Shown piece after piece: positions 1 through 12,985 of a stretch of 64,000 nucleotides of DNA. This DNA is from Mizuhopecten yessoensis (Eukaryota). Every line of letters begins with the position of its first letter. Position 1 is the first letter of the stretch. Both the position numbers and the translations under genes were made by a program. The notes beneath the pieces were generated by a model. It ran no database searches and had not been told where the DNA came from. It saw only the letters and a program-made list of their open reading frames with translations. The DNA lies in NCBI RefSeq assembly GCF_002113885.1, contig NW_018408906.1, positions 594,890 through 658,889 of the forward strand, in the 5' to 3' direction.

Positions 1-3000
1 CAATATTTTTTCTGAAAAGAATGACATGAGAGATAGACAGTCGGTTTAGTGAAAACTATATTATTTGTAAAATTTGACAGTCTGGCATAGAAAAACAGAC
101 AAATACGAAACAAGGACTTTCGAATCGCAAAACAATGGCTGGATATTGGGACAATCGTGTTACATGTAGCTGTGGTTGCATTATCTAGACTCGTCTGTGT
201 TGAAGGCGTCCATCTATACTAAAAATGCATCACCTGAGCAATACAATTCCAGAACACTACCTGTATATTGCAAATAGCGTTATATTCACCACGTGTCCTA
301 TCTCAAGCTGTCATCCGCGATGACATTTTTTATCATGCATAGATTTTTGTTGAAAATGGGCTACCTTTGTTTGTTATAACTTTACCTGAGATTTTTAACA
401 CATTTCTTTTGACGACCAGGTGTGAAAATTACAGGTATCAACTTTTGTAGCACGTGAACACTTTATATGATAAAACCCATTTTCGCTCTAAAACCACTTT
501 TACCCGTCATTCTGTTGATTTGAGTTAATAGTTGATATTTTTCACCGATAATCTGATGTCCTATGAATGAAAATGCAATTATATTTAACTTGAAAGGTAC
601 GGATTTCATTAGACTTCTATCCTCGTGCTGATATATGGCTAAGTTATTAAACAATGTTTGGAATTATCGTAATATTTAATTGTGGGTATAAGGAAGGGTA
701 AAAAAGAAATTAAAAGATAAAATTCAATAACTGTGCTTCAAATTACATCTGTATATGTTGAATAGAGGTAAAACTTAGTTGAAACGTCAGATCGCCCTGA
801 TCAAACACATTTAATTTGTTTAAGGAAAAAGCAATGAAAATTTATGATCTTAAACCGCCAATACAGTTTAACAGAACACGGTGTCATACATAACAAGCAA
901 CAATTCGCAAAAGACCACCAAGGATTATATCTACAAAACGATTTTCACACAACAATTTTATCAAAATAAAGTTATCATTCCAATCTTAACGTTTTCTCCG
1001 TTGGACCGGATGTTTTTAAAATCTTCACAGTTGCATTTTAAAAATTGCTACATTTAAATATATCGATTCATCATTTATAAAAAATGATAAATATTCGATA
1101 CATCAATAATTGATGAATGAATTTGCATGTATCAATACTTGGATAGTGAATATATCTGAAGAAAGTACGCTCAAAGTGATTATTCAAGTCGATAAGGGCA
1201 AGATCAAATGTCCTCTGTCACCCTTATCTGTATTTACATTTTTATTATTATTCCAATCTGTCATGACAATGGCTTTATAACTGTGATATAACGTTTGTTA
1301 CAAAATATATTGGAATTTCTTCATATTGATTTTTATAAACTATTTCATTAACCTGTCAAATAAAATCGAATGGTTTTCGAGGCGACATAGTTTCAATCTT
1401 AATTATTTCAATTCCGCAAAAATATATATATAAATATTTAAGTAATAGGGAAGCTGTCAGTACTTGACTGAAACACATGTTTTATATATTACAAATATTA
1501 TAGTTATGCAGGTATTCGTCGAATTATAAAAAAAATACACAAGGAATTTATTATTAGTAATGGCGCTATAAACACATGAACACACGTTATTCATCAACTT
1601 CAACAATAAAAGGTGTATGCATAAACATTGTTTAAAGTTTTTGACCAATTTTACATCGACCTTTGAGGTATGTCAGTCTGAAAATGATTGTCTTAGAGCA
1701 GAACAATTTTTCTTGTTTGCTTATGTATCTCCTTTCGTAAATCATTCATGTTTACATATGCTCGTTTTGGTTGATTCGCTTTTCCTGCTGTCGACTTGCA
1801 GACCCAATTTTATTCTCATGCATCGTCCCAAATGTAAAAATTGTATGAACTTTAGGTCACATTGTCTGAACTGTTAAAGAATTATTAAATATTCAACTTC
1901 GCACGACATAACCCGTATATAACCCTTTAGCACACAGAGGTACAGAAGCAAGGGTCAATTATGACGTCTTCATCGCTGTCAAGTGATGTTGATGTCCGAG
2001 CTATGTAGATAGTGACATTCTACAACCTTTGGTTCACCAATATTGTGCGTTTTAACGTCAGTATATCAGCCAGTTGTTTTAAGGGTGTCGTTTTGTCTTC
2101 CATTTTGTTTTGGATTTTAGCCTTGTATGTTGCTCTATGATACACTTTTTTGTCATTTGTTTTTTATAAATCAGGTTCAATTTGGTAACATTATATATCT
2201 ATAATACATCTGGTCATTCTCATTTTATATACCAACATCTGAGAAATATATATATAAAGTATGCCCTACGTGTACAGCGCCACCACTTAATGACAAATTG
2301 GATAGACCAGTCCAGTAAAAAAATACCAACGAAAACTGAACGGACATTAAAAAATGACGTCATTAGTCACAATCAATTACAGATAAAAGCACGTGATCCA
2401 GGAGAATTACCGTTTCCTGCACCACATGTGGTACCCACCATGAAACTTCCCGTCAACTACAGGAAAGTTAGCTGGTTATGAATTATCTAAGATACTTACA
2501 GGAAGTATAAAAAAGGCAATCCATTATATTTGACTTTCGCCTGCCTTCTCTGCAATGAAGTTTTCTCAAGATCGACTACCAGACTGAAGTGCACGAAGGG
2601 CATTTCTTAAATAAAGTTTATCCATTGTGTAAAACTGAATCACTACAAATCTGCATCAAAACTTTCATCTTGCTTCACGACGCCTCGAGAGACAATATGT
2701 TTGTCTCCACTGGCAGTTTGATTCATATATATCTATCACTTTAGCATCATCTTAGATAAGTACACAATGCTCATATTTTAAATTAGGTATGTAAATGAGA
2801 AGCAATTAACAGGAAAAAGATATCTATAATCTATTAAAATGTTAACAAATCTTCAAACCATCGAAATAAACAACGAAGCTGAAACTGATTGCATTAACTT
2901 TCGCCTTCACAATAAACGTTAACGATTTCTGTGTCCGTTAAGTACCCGGTAACTAAGCAGTAATTTTGAAAAACATTTCCATGATAATTCTTTATTTTTT

Positions 3001-4569
3001 TGCGTGATTTGTGGCTTGACTTTCTTTGTCCGTAATTTACACAAAAAAAATATGGGTTAATTGCCTCGTCTTGTGTGCCACGTCACACATCCTGTGACCT
3101 CTTAACCTCATTAACTACAAATGACATGGCTAGGGTTTTAAATCTATTATGTTTTAAAAGTCATTAGTACCCATAAGAGTGGTAATTTTAACTAATACCC
3201 TTCACTCCAGGCACCATGTTACAAATTAAGATTTAATTATGTAATTTTCTTGATGGAGTATGTCATAATTTCATTTTTTGTGTAAACAGAGACTTAAATT
3301 ATCACCGACTGACATATAATTAAAAATTCAAATAACTAATTTTCTAATTAAAGTGAATTAAGTAGTAGACAACATTTCAGTGTGTCCAGAAAGAAGAATG
3401 ATTCGCTAAATCATTTCCATAGCTTTGTCTGTTAAATAGATAAATAATGAAACGATAAAAACTTTTTTTTTCAACATTCTTTCAAATGTTTGCTAATTTG
3501 TTTACATGTGCCACCTGCCTCGGTCAATTAATAAACGGAAGTTTAACAACATGTCTTTCCATAGCAATTGCAAATATATAAGTTGGAAAAGATGTTTGAT
3601 AAATGAAATATTCAACTTGTCAAAATAACGAAGAAAATATTATTACTTCAATTTGTGTCTTTATATCGAAATGATACATTAATTGTTCCAGATTTTTTGC
3701 GACCCAATGTCTTTGTAAGGATGAAGCAAAGGCAATGAGTAAATCAGTTTGACAGATTGATTTACTTAAAAATATATACATTTATATATATTATTAATAT
3801 AGTAATATTACTTTTATATAAAGGTATCAAATTCATATTATATATAATTATATATATTATATATAGATACACCATAGTTTCAACACAGTATTTTCCATAA
3901 TATGCCATTGTAATTTGTAAACAAATATACAGAAAAATGGATGAATATAATGGCGACGTCCTATTAGTTTATTTTTGTTTTTGTTTTTATTGTTTTTTGT
4001 TTGTAACAAGAAAATGGAGGTCATTATAGATATCAGAACCAAGGTGGATGGTTTGATATTTACCCTCTAACAATAACGATCAATCGTACCAGGTTTGGGA
4101 GCTCGAGAGAAGATCATTAGGGAGGGTCATCAAGACTGAGATACTATAAAGTTTAACGTAGGTCAGGGGTCAAACAATTAGATTACGCGGAATAATATTG
4201 TAATACATATTGAATAACCACATGTACAGGCATTTTGGCGAAGATGTCTACTGATATACAACGAATGGGAACCGTTCAATAAGGTGCAATGTTTGTCGTC
4301 GTGTGGTTACAGGACAACGGGACATATGTTCGAAAGTTGACATCGTGGGCAATATCTGCAATTTGTTTTACACTTTTATCTCCAATTAGTGAAGTTGAAA
4401 TCAAGTTTCCTTGTTTTGAGAAAAAAGAGCTATGATCATCATAGGCTATACAATAAATGGTCCCATCGGATGAGTGTTCGTATTAGACCAATATAGTATC
4501 AAACAGTTGTCCGAAGCAAAAGTGAATATGAAGCGCTGTTTTTTTCCCAGAAGAACTGACTAAGCGTAT

Positions 4570-4774
4570 ATTGATGTCTTTCTTGTTGTTTTGGTGTCTA
4601 CTCGGTTTCCCTTGATATGTTTCCTTTATATTTGGTATCTCCACAGTTCCTGTTATTGTCTTTCTTTTAGTTTTGGCGTCTCTTCAGTTTATAAGGTTGT
4701 CTTCCCTTCTGTTTCAGTTTTGTTGTCTCTTCAGTAACCGTTGTTGCCTTTTGTTTTATTTTGGTGTCTCCTCA
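4570..4774 (-). repeat. Degenerate ~41-bp tandem units, reverse complement of the 62.8-63.6 kb array
   Basis: About 5 units such as GTTTTGGTGTCTCCTCA and TTGGCGTCTCTTCAGTT, matching the reverse complement of AACAGGAACTGAGGAGACACCAAAAC. The array ends abruptly where the SINE starts at 4775. Confidence 0.75.
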
Positions 4775-5379
4775 CCCCTGTATGTGGGGATCGGGAAAAG
4801 AATACACCCACAGTTACCCACGGCATGTATCGTAGGAGGCGACTAAAGTGTGAACCCCCCTGCAGAATTGGGAATTTGCTTTGGTGTCCTCTATTTAGGG
4901 ACACAAAAGCGACCACATTAAATCTGCTGCGCAAACTGCAATATTATGGATCTTTGTTTTTTTCTACTTCTAACTACCTTATATTTCCTAGCGCCTTGCT
5001 TAGCAACACCTCATTTTTGGCTTTAATGTTGAACGTTCGACCAGGTGAGGAAGGCAATGGGTTCTGTCCCCAGGCCGGAACATACCAAAGTCCTTAGAAA
5101 TGGTAGTTGTTATTCCCTGCTTAACTTTCAGCATAAAGGGGAATGGCAACAACTGGTTCACCCGTTGCTATTATAATGTGACCGGGCGGAACGATGTGCA
5201 TGGTTCCTTCGGCATGGTATTTCATTGAGATAGCAATATAAGTCGGTATCATATCCGCGCTATCACAAGGAGGCAAGCACACCAACATACCCTGTCTTCT
5301 GCACACACACGCACAAGCACGCATACATTACACACATGGAGGCAGATCTTTAAATGATCTTAGCTGTTAATAGGACGTT
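4775..5379 (+). mobile_element. Composite SINE copy 1: structured 5' module, tRNA-derived head, Meta/MESC-type domain and LINE-like tail
   Basis: Aligns by eye with 44633-45905 and with the reverse complement of 8307-8658. A-box-like TGGCTTTAATGTTG near 5018 and B-box-like GGGTTCTGTCCCC at 5059. Meta-like ATACCAAAGTCCTTAGAAATGGTAG...CCCTGCTTAAC..TCAGCAT and ATAATGTGACCGGG. Tail TAAATGATCTTAGCTGTTAATAGGACGTT. Confidence 0.85.
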
Positions 5380-5394
5380 CAGAAACTGTTCCAC

Positions 5395-5640
5395 GGTCAA
5401 TACACAAGGACAAAATATTGACACTGACACGAAAAAAACAGCAGGAAGAGACGCGACACCAAAATAATAGGTATGCTCTCACAAACCCTCACACAAAAGG
5501 ACATGAAAGAATATTCAGCTTGGTCAAATAGCTTCCTCTGTCACATCGTCAGTACATAAGGGCATAACAGGAAATGAGGCGACATATCAAAACAAAAGGT
5601 AAACTAAACAAGAAATCCGGGTAGGAAACGACTATTCTTT
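5395..5640 (+). repeat. Decayed copy of the element carrying the 41-bp units
   Basis: GTCAATACACAAGGACAAAA resembles GTCAACACACAAGGTCTAAAA at ~62790. It is followed by unit-like AACAGGAAATGAGGCGACATATCAAAACAAAAGG. Confidence 0.4.
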
Positions 5641-5828
5641 CAAGAATATGACAAACATCATTATGTCTCATGTCGAATTCTGGTAAATATTTGGTCATCA
5701 TAGACCAAAGACACTCTAAGTGAGTCTTTAATTATAATAAAACATTGACCACATACATGAAGCTGAAACCTTTATTTATTAACGAAAATATTATTAACGG
5801 TATTAAATCAATAACAATTTACCATCTA

Positions 5829-5848
5829 GGGGGGGGGGGGGGGGGGGG
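5829..5848 (+). repeat. Poly-G tract (G20)
   Basis: Direct read. Confidence 0.95.
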
Positions 5849-8306
5849 TTCGAAGCCTATTTCGAAATTTTGGTAATTCAATTTTAAACTTAATTGACAC
5901 AACAGGTGTGTTTTACTATGTATGTTGATATGAAATATTTTTGAAATTGATTAAGCCTCGGTGACAGTTTATGAGGCGAATTTAGCAGTCTAATATGCAT
6001 TCGAACGATTTAAATATTTCGCATTTATTTAGTCACTTTGTTTCTTACTAAGGAACGGGAATACATTTCGAATCAATTTCGTTTAAGTTGATGATTAAAC
6101 TCGAGAATATTTTCGCGTTGAATAATTGGTTATATAAATATCATTATGCCATTCTATTACCACCGCAGACATTTGAAGATAACAGGTTTTTTTTTATTTA
6201 TTTGTGAAATCGGCGTACTTTAGTGGAAACAGGCGTCATTTTTGGACCTCATTAAAAACGGGTAAACTTATTAAATTTGGTACGGTATACAAAACCTTTA
6301 TACACTTGAAACGATTAAGTCTCATTAAAGATCTATTTAGAAACCTATTTTCTTAGGGAAATGGTGTCCTTTTACTAATTATGGGAAATTTGCTAACTTT
6401 AAATTGACTTTTTAGTACATATAATGGTTTGATCTGACGGTAAACTCACACGAAAGTCCATAAATTAGTTTTAAGACAAGTAAACGTACAGAGATACAAG
6501 GGTAATTTAATTTTGTTTATTTTAAAATTTCTTTAATAAGAAATTTGAGTAAGATTGATATCATGATTAAAATCATTTACATTCTAGACCAAAACTCTCT
6601 GATTCATCCCACATGTAATATTACGTTTTCACACCGATATCAATACACAAATCAATCAAACTCATCGATAATCTGTCAAGGTTTTCAAGATATCAACAGA
6701 CAGACGTCTTTGAATCCTGTGTGAAAATCCTGTAATATCATCGCCGGCGAAAAGAATCAAGATACCCCCAAGGAACTGTTTATGCAATACATTATGTTTT
6801 GCTTTGAATGTTTGAAGGTGATCACATGTATTGGTAATCAGATTTTGTTATCTATAAATTTGAAAATACTTTCATTAAAGTTTTCCCTAGGTTCGATCCT
6901 TTATTTTTTTGAGATAGATATTTGACGATTATTGGTAACAAGAGTATTATTATTCAAAAAGGTGTGTTGGTGTGTGTCTGAGACACTTACGCAGATACGC
7001 TACCTTTTTCGTAATTTCACGTTTGTTTGAAGAAAAGATGATGTTTGATAATCCTCAAAAAGTAGAACTGATTGTAATTATACTGAGCAAATGAAAAGAC
7101 TGTTTTGTATTAAATACAGCCAAAGTTAAAGCCCGTCCTCGTGTGACCTTGGCGGGTACGAGGAAGTGTTTCAAGAACATACTTAGAAAACAGGTTTAAG
7201 GTGCAGTGTAGTTCATTTCAGGCATATCGTATCTTTTACCAATTTTTATTTTAGATGCAATCACTTTTGTTCTTCCTTAAATTATACTCATATCTTCTTA
7301 ATGTAGATTGCATGTTCGTACATGTATGTCTAAGAAGGATTCCTCTTTCAATTAAAACCAGAGAAAAAACCGACAATACAGTGTTTGTACCTTAGAGGCA
7401 ATAAAGTCAATTGGTATATTGACAAGAAAGCTATAAATCGAAATTGCCTTATCTTAAAAAGTCATTCAGTACTGTTTCAACTACCTAGTCAGCAGACGAG
7501 ACACTATCAGCCGGCGTATGTACTCGTTATCATCAAAAACAATTGAATGATGTTTCACCATAAATCTTTACAATCGGAACGTCGCTATGACATATTGTAT
7601 CTGGACTTCTTTGTACACATGTAAAATATACATGGATATGCGAAATCAATTTATCAAAACGGAGGGAAAATTATTCTTCAAAACCTGGAAATAAATTGAT
7701 TGTAGTATTTTCGAAGCCACAACGGACGTCGAAGATTTGATTTTAATTACAGATGAAAGGGGATTATTATGACGTCGATTTTTAAGATAAGGCTTCGAAA
7801 AAGGTACTCGTGTACATGTTAAAACAAGGAAACTGGCTGTCTGAGTTTAGTCATATTGTGTTTCATTAGAATCACTGTATTAGCAGAATCACGGAAAATA
7901 TACCTGTTTGAGCTTCAGAAAGGACACAGACTTTTCCAGGAGAAAGATCATGTTCTTTCTAAAGGAAATTATGAACTGCAAAACGATTAATGACATTTGC
8001 AAAATAATTGCTCTGTCGTGTTATTTACGTATGAATGAAAGACTTCCATTTCTAATATCGGCCGAATAAGAATTTCAATAAAAAAAAGAATTATTGTTTT
8101 TGTATATATCTTTGTAATACATAAAACATATTCATATGTGTACCTCCCATTTGAAAATGCGTGTTATTTGTTTGAAAATGGTACAAATTACAAAAACTTT
8201 AGGTAATTTCAGGGAAAGAAAAACAAACCATTGGTTATTTATCGTGTTACGTAGCTTTTCGGTTTACAAACGTAGTTGTGTAAGTAGGCATAAATTGAAC
8301 TTGAAG

Positions 8307-8658
8307 TTTGGTTTGGGTTTATTTGTATCATCAGCTATGGTCATTTAAGGACGTGCCTCAATGTGTGTATCTGTGCATGTATGTATGTGTGGTGGAGGCA
8401 GGGTATGTTGGTGTGTTTGCCTCCTTGTGATAGTGTGGATCTGATGCCGACACTAGAGTGCTACCTCACTGAAATATTCCACCCGGTCACATTATACTAA
8501 TAACGAGTAAACCAGTTGTTGCCATTGGCCTAAATGCTGAACGTTAAGCAGGGCATAACATCTACCATTTTAAAGAACTTTGGTGGTCCATGGCATGGGA
8601 ACAGAACCCGTTGTCTGTCTTCACTTTGGTGAACATTCATCACTAAGGCAAAACGTGA
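8307..8658 (-). mobile_element. Meta-type tRNA SINE of the same family as 4775-5379, lacking the 5' module
   Basis: The reverse complement matches ~5010-5379: GGGTTCTGTTCCC, AAAATGGTAG, CCCTGCTTAACGTTCAGCAT, ATAATGTGACCGGGTGG, CTATCACAAGGAGGCAAACACACCAACATACCCTG, and a tail ending in an AAACC-type repeat. Confidence 0.85.
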
Positions 8659-9369
8659 ATTAAAAATTGCAGATTCTATCGTTACTACAGTGTATGTTCT
8701 ATAGCTTAAGAGTTTTCTATATGCGTTGATCTATTTCTGTCAATTAGCTTTCTTATAAATTTGCTTCCCGAGATTTTATACGACCATTGTTTTCAAGAGT
8801 TTTATTTTCAATCATTCAAAACAGTAGTTCTGTCTTCGCGTACTAATCTCCCAGTTTAGCTACTTGTACAATTGTTGTAAGTGTCTTTGTAAAACCACAT
8901 CCTCTTGATTCATATGTGTAGTACTCTCTTCATATAGACGCTTTGTTCCGTGTTTTTCTTTATAGAACTAATCACACTCGCTGCAAGTATTGCAGTATGG
9001 ATGTTCTCCTGGTCTTTTCAATCATTCAAAACTGTACATTTCTGGTTTCACAGCATAACCGCGGCACTATAAAACATAAAAAAAAATATTCTGTCTGGCT
9101 TGATGTTACAGTTTTATTCCCCGTTTCCATCAATTTAGCGGCTTATATTGTGGAATTATCCTTCTGAGACTTGTGGGCCATATATCATACCCCACATCAT
9201 AAACCTAATATAACTTTGGCAGAATCTGGCTGATTCCTTCACTACAATATTCGATTATGAGATAGAGGTCAACTCTGGCGACATAGTCGAACGCGCCTGG
9301 ATGGCAGCCATAATAGATTCCGGTCCTATCTCGTTAAATTAATATCAAAATGTCGCTTAGATTTGTATG

Positions 9370-9640
9370 CAGGGTCGTAGAAGGAGGCTTAAGGTCTCAA
9401 AACTTGGATGGTTTTTCGATGTTAATAGGCAGTTGTTTCTATTATTCTACGATTCATTTGAGAAAATAATTTGGAACGAGACATTTTTTTAAACAATGCT
9501 TGAAAGACAAATTGTCATTACTTGATACCAGTAGCCCCATAAACTATGCCTCAGACTGTTTCTTCGGCGGGAAGGGCTCTCGCTCCGTCTGTGGTTATTT
9601 GCACTCGCCCTCTGCTTGCAAATCATCTTCCTGACGTCTG
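9370..9640. mobile_element. Possible hAT-like MITE
   Basis: Ends CAGGGTCGTAGAAG and CTTCCTGACGTCTG form an imperfect inverted repeat with CAG/CTG termini. Flanks TTTGTATG and CTTGTATA match at 6 of 8 positions, like an 8-bp TSD. Confidence 0.4.
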
Positions 9641-11051
9641 CTTGTATATTGAACGTACGACTTCCGGTAAGTAGATAAATTTATAGGAGTTCGACATCCG
9701 GTTTCATCTAATACCATACAAAATCAACAAAATAAAACAGATGACCACTGAACTGTATGATAGAACTTATATAGTTATCTTTCTTTCTTTTTTCTTTCTC
9801 TCTGTTTAAGCTTCTATATTGGATATTGTGTAATTGTATATTATATACAGCTTTCGCCTGCATCAATATTATTGCATTCTTGAATATCGAGTAATTCGAT
9901 CAAAAACTTATACAATTAATTTGTCCGCACTGTTAATTATAACTGTTATGTTTAATATACTTTGAAATAAGTGAATCTAATGTATGCCAGAATCGATGAC
10001 GTGGCACTCGTGACTTCAGAATTAAAGTGTGATTTAATTGTCTTTCTATAAGTAGATAAAAACAGGATCGTTCCTATAATGTATGACAGAATGAGTTTAT
10101 TTCCCATCCTTAACATTTCCGTGTGAGATTTCCTTCTCACACTCCAGGATGAAACACATTGCATGTTTTTTTTCCGACAATTATAATTATTGAATATGCA
10201 GTAATTTTTACAATCATATAACATCATATGATAATTGGGCGTTCGGTGTATTAAGCATGATATTTTGCCAAAACCATTCCTCTGAAAGGGTTAGAGAAAA
10301 AATAGTCCCTCCTCCTTTTGAAATTACCACTTGAACGTTTCCCTGTAATGTAAATGATTTCTATATAAACTATCATTATCATCTGAAAGAATTTAAATGT
10401 TTAAAATATAATCTGTAATACTGGTATACATCTTAAGGATCCGGACCTCTTACCGCTGCCAAAAGCTGTAACTACGAATCAGAAACTATTTTTTTCCGGT
10501 ACATGTATGATTATACAGATTTGAAAAAGGATACATGTAGCATAACTTGCGGGAATTTTATGGGGGAAAATATGGAAAAAAAATTATAATCGACAATAAT
10601 GTTCTTAGTTAAATCAAAATCAGCGAGACTCTACCGGTATTCGAACCCTTGGATTTAAATTGTTATTCTACCTCTTTTTTTCTCTCTTGAGAATGTATCA
10701 AGCATTTATTGGTCCAGCCATAGGGCCCATGGGTTTGGGACCCCCGATGTTCCTCACAATGCATATAACTATATTTTCAATCAACAAAAAATGTTCACAG
10801 ATAATACATGCAATATGAATATAGATTTGTCACTTGACGCATTTGTTTTAAGTAATATCAGAATAATGAACACTATATATAATCAAATAAAAAGGATACA
10901 CTGGCAAACATGTAATTGCTCCAAGATTTAAAACTCAATTTGAACATCACAATCTCTCAACAAAACAATGTCATTGTTATAAATGAAATATTTGGTAAAT
11001 AATGCCGTAATATTCTCTTTGTTATAACATGTAAAAATATATTTTACAAAA

Positions 11052-11112
11052 CGTTTGAAGGTGAATTTAAAAAGCTATATACCGTTTGAAGGTGAATTTA
11101 AAAAGCTATATA
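11052..11112 (+). repeat. 31-bp direct tandem duplication
   Basis: CGTTTGAAGGTGAATTTAAAAAGCTATATA occurs twice, at the 3' junction of the adjacent L2-like end. Confidence 0.9.
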
Positions 11113-11335
11113 ACGCCCTATCTAGCTAACATAAGCCACTCTAACGCGCTTTACAGTACATGGATATACAATTTAATACAATGAATACAATTAGCATAAC
11201 ATTAATCAATACAATTTTGAGGAATTCGCAGGAGCTGCTTTATCAGGCGCTAATTACTAGTTCTATACCACCTGGCTAATATCTCCCTATGTGTGTATGC
11301 ATGCGTGTGTGCTGGAGATGTATTGTGTTCTGTTT
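11105..11335 (-). mobile_element. 3' end of an L2-type LINE or SINE (copy A)
   Basis: The reverse complement closely matches 46895-47130 and ends in an L2-like TGTAAAGCGCGTTAGAG...TAGGGCGTTATAT. Confidence 0.75.
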
Positions 11336-11658
11336 GTAGTGGGACCGTACTTCCAACGGTAGCATTTATAGTGCCACCTCACTTGAACGCTACAGCACAG
11401 ATACCGCAACATCCACCCCAGACCATTGTATACTCCGCCTGGGTTGTTGGAGTTGTGTGGGCAGGAGAAAAACATATAATTGTTTACTCTCTTCCATTTT
11501 TCATGAAATTTTAATAAAACTCGGCGGTCAATATGTATTCTACCTCTCTAACCGACCGAGCTATCTGTCCAACGGAAGTGTCCTGGCAAATCTGTGCTTC
11601 AGTTTTATCCAAAACGTAACTAAGGGGAATGGAATTGGGCGGGGATTACTGTATGTAA

Positions 11659-12007
11659 GGAGACACGGTAGTCTAGTGGTAGGATACCGGGCTCGTGACC
11701 GAAGGTTTGCGAGTTCCAGCCACGGCACGGCACTGTGTTGTATCTTTGAGCAAGATACTTCACTCCGCTTGTTCCAGTTTACTCAGCTGTAAATGAGTCC
11801 CACGTTGGGTAGTGCTAGAATTGTTGAATGCTAGTTGTGAGCGCCGAAATGGCAGCCCCGGCTGTATGCTCCCCATAGAGTTGAGAAAGATGTTGGCTTG
11901 TTGCAAAGGCCCTATAACCACGGATAATAATTTGTGAACCGCTTTGTGACGACCTACGAACTAGGTTGTGATAAGCGGTATATAAGAACCTCCAATTATT
12001 AATTATT
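11659..12007 (+). mobile_element. tRNA-derived SINE with V-like and Deu-like domains and an L2-like tail
   Basis: Head GGAGACACGGTAGTCTAGTGG (A box) and GAGTTCCAGCC (B-box-like). V-like GTGTTGTATCTTTGAGCAAGATACTTCAC. Deu-like AATGGCAGCC..GGCTGTATGCTCCCC. Tail TGTGAACCGCTTTG...AAGCGGTATATAAGAAC..TTATT. Domain names are assigned from recall. Confidence 0.75.
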
Positions 12008-12429
12008 AAAGTTATGTACAAAAACACATTACGGCGAGACAAGGATCCTTAAACAAAAAATACAAAAAAAAATTAAGGCGATCATACATCACCAACCTTT
12101 CGGCGAGTGACAAATACAGACAGCCTTCATAAGTTTGTACAGTACATAAAGAACTAATCAAATATATGATTATAATAATTCATCGGAACAGAATTTAGAC
12201 CAAGTAACCATGTATTATTAATTAAACATTTGTTTTTGTGTGGAAATGTGATGACGTCACGCAATCGTATAAAACTAAACTGAATGATATTTATCAGTTA
12301 GCATCAAAGTCCGATCAACACCGCACACAACTATTTTTTCTGTGTGTTTGCTTAAGGTTTTGCGTCATCACAATGGCAAAGGTGTCGAAGGAAGACTTAT
12401 GTGCGATGAGGCCACTCAGGAAGCACTTG

Positions 12430-12512
12430 AAAATGTCATCTCGCTGAAATGTCGTTACCTAGATACTATAGCGTGACACCTTACCCGGTCACGTTACCCT
12501 GACAACGGGCTA
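12430..12512 (-). mobile_element. Internal fragment of a Meta-type SINE
   Basis: ACCCGGTCACGTTACCCTGACAACGGG resembles the reverse complement of CCCGTTGTCAGTATAATGTGACCGGG at ~44952. Confidence 0.45.
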
Positions 12513-12944
12513 GCGAGAGGTAGATAAGATGAGGACACCGCGGAAAAGTAAGACTAAGTTCAGATAAAAAAAAATCCAGACAGAAAGCGATCCACACCAA
12601 GGTGTAAAAATGGGGGAGGTAGATTAATGTTTTATGATACCTAGACGAGAGCGCAGAAGAATATCACGATTTCACATTCAAGTTTTCTCTTTCGCTGATG
12701 AAATGAATACGACATGCCGATTCTACCACATTGCCCTCGAATCTGCACGAGACTTTCTCAGAATATTTTTTTCCCCACGTGACTACCGTCTTATGCTGTG
12801 AATACGTCGATGTCAAATTTTCTTGGCGTAAAACCTCGTGAAGGAATGCTCATTTTGACGCAAACAAAAATATTTACGCCACATACCGGAAGTAAGTACT
12901 ATTAACACATCTCGTTTCAAAGTGGGTTTTTTTTGGTTGTAGCA

Positions 12945-12985
12945 GGGGATGGGGTGGGAATGGGATGGGGTGGAGGGTTTGGGGG
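12945..12985 (+). other. Potential G-quadruplex sequence
   Basis: GGGGATGGGGTGGGAATGGGATGGGGTGGAGGGTTTGGGGG has seven runs of at least 3 G with short loops. Confidence 0.7.

Larger units (their letters stand above)
10437..12048. mobile_element. Possible Kolobok-like non-autonomous element hosting nested retroposons
   Basis: TTAA|GGATCC...GGATCC|TTAA, with only weak inverted similarity beyond the first 6 bp. Confidence 0.3.

Noticed and set aside
4731-5324. ORFs of 67-118 aa
   Set aside because: They lie within a SINE and are not conserved in the second copy.
11454-11472. 18-bp identity with the minus strand at ~15708-15725 (TGTGTGGGCAGGAGAAAA)
   Set aside because: The match does not extend on either side and is compatible with chance.
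11659-11730. tRNA gene
   Set aside because: There is no full cloverleaf or T-run terminator, and it continues directly into a SINE body.
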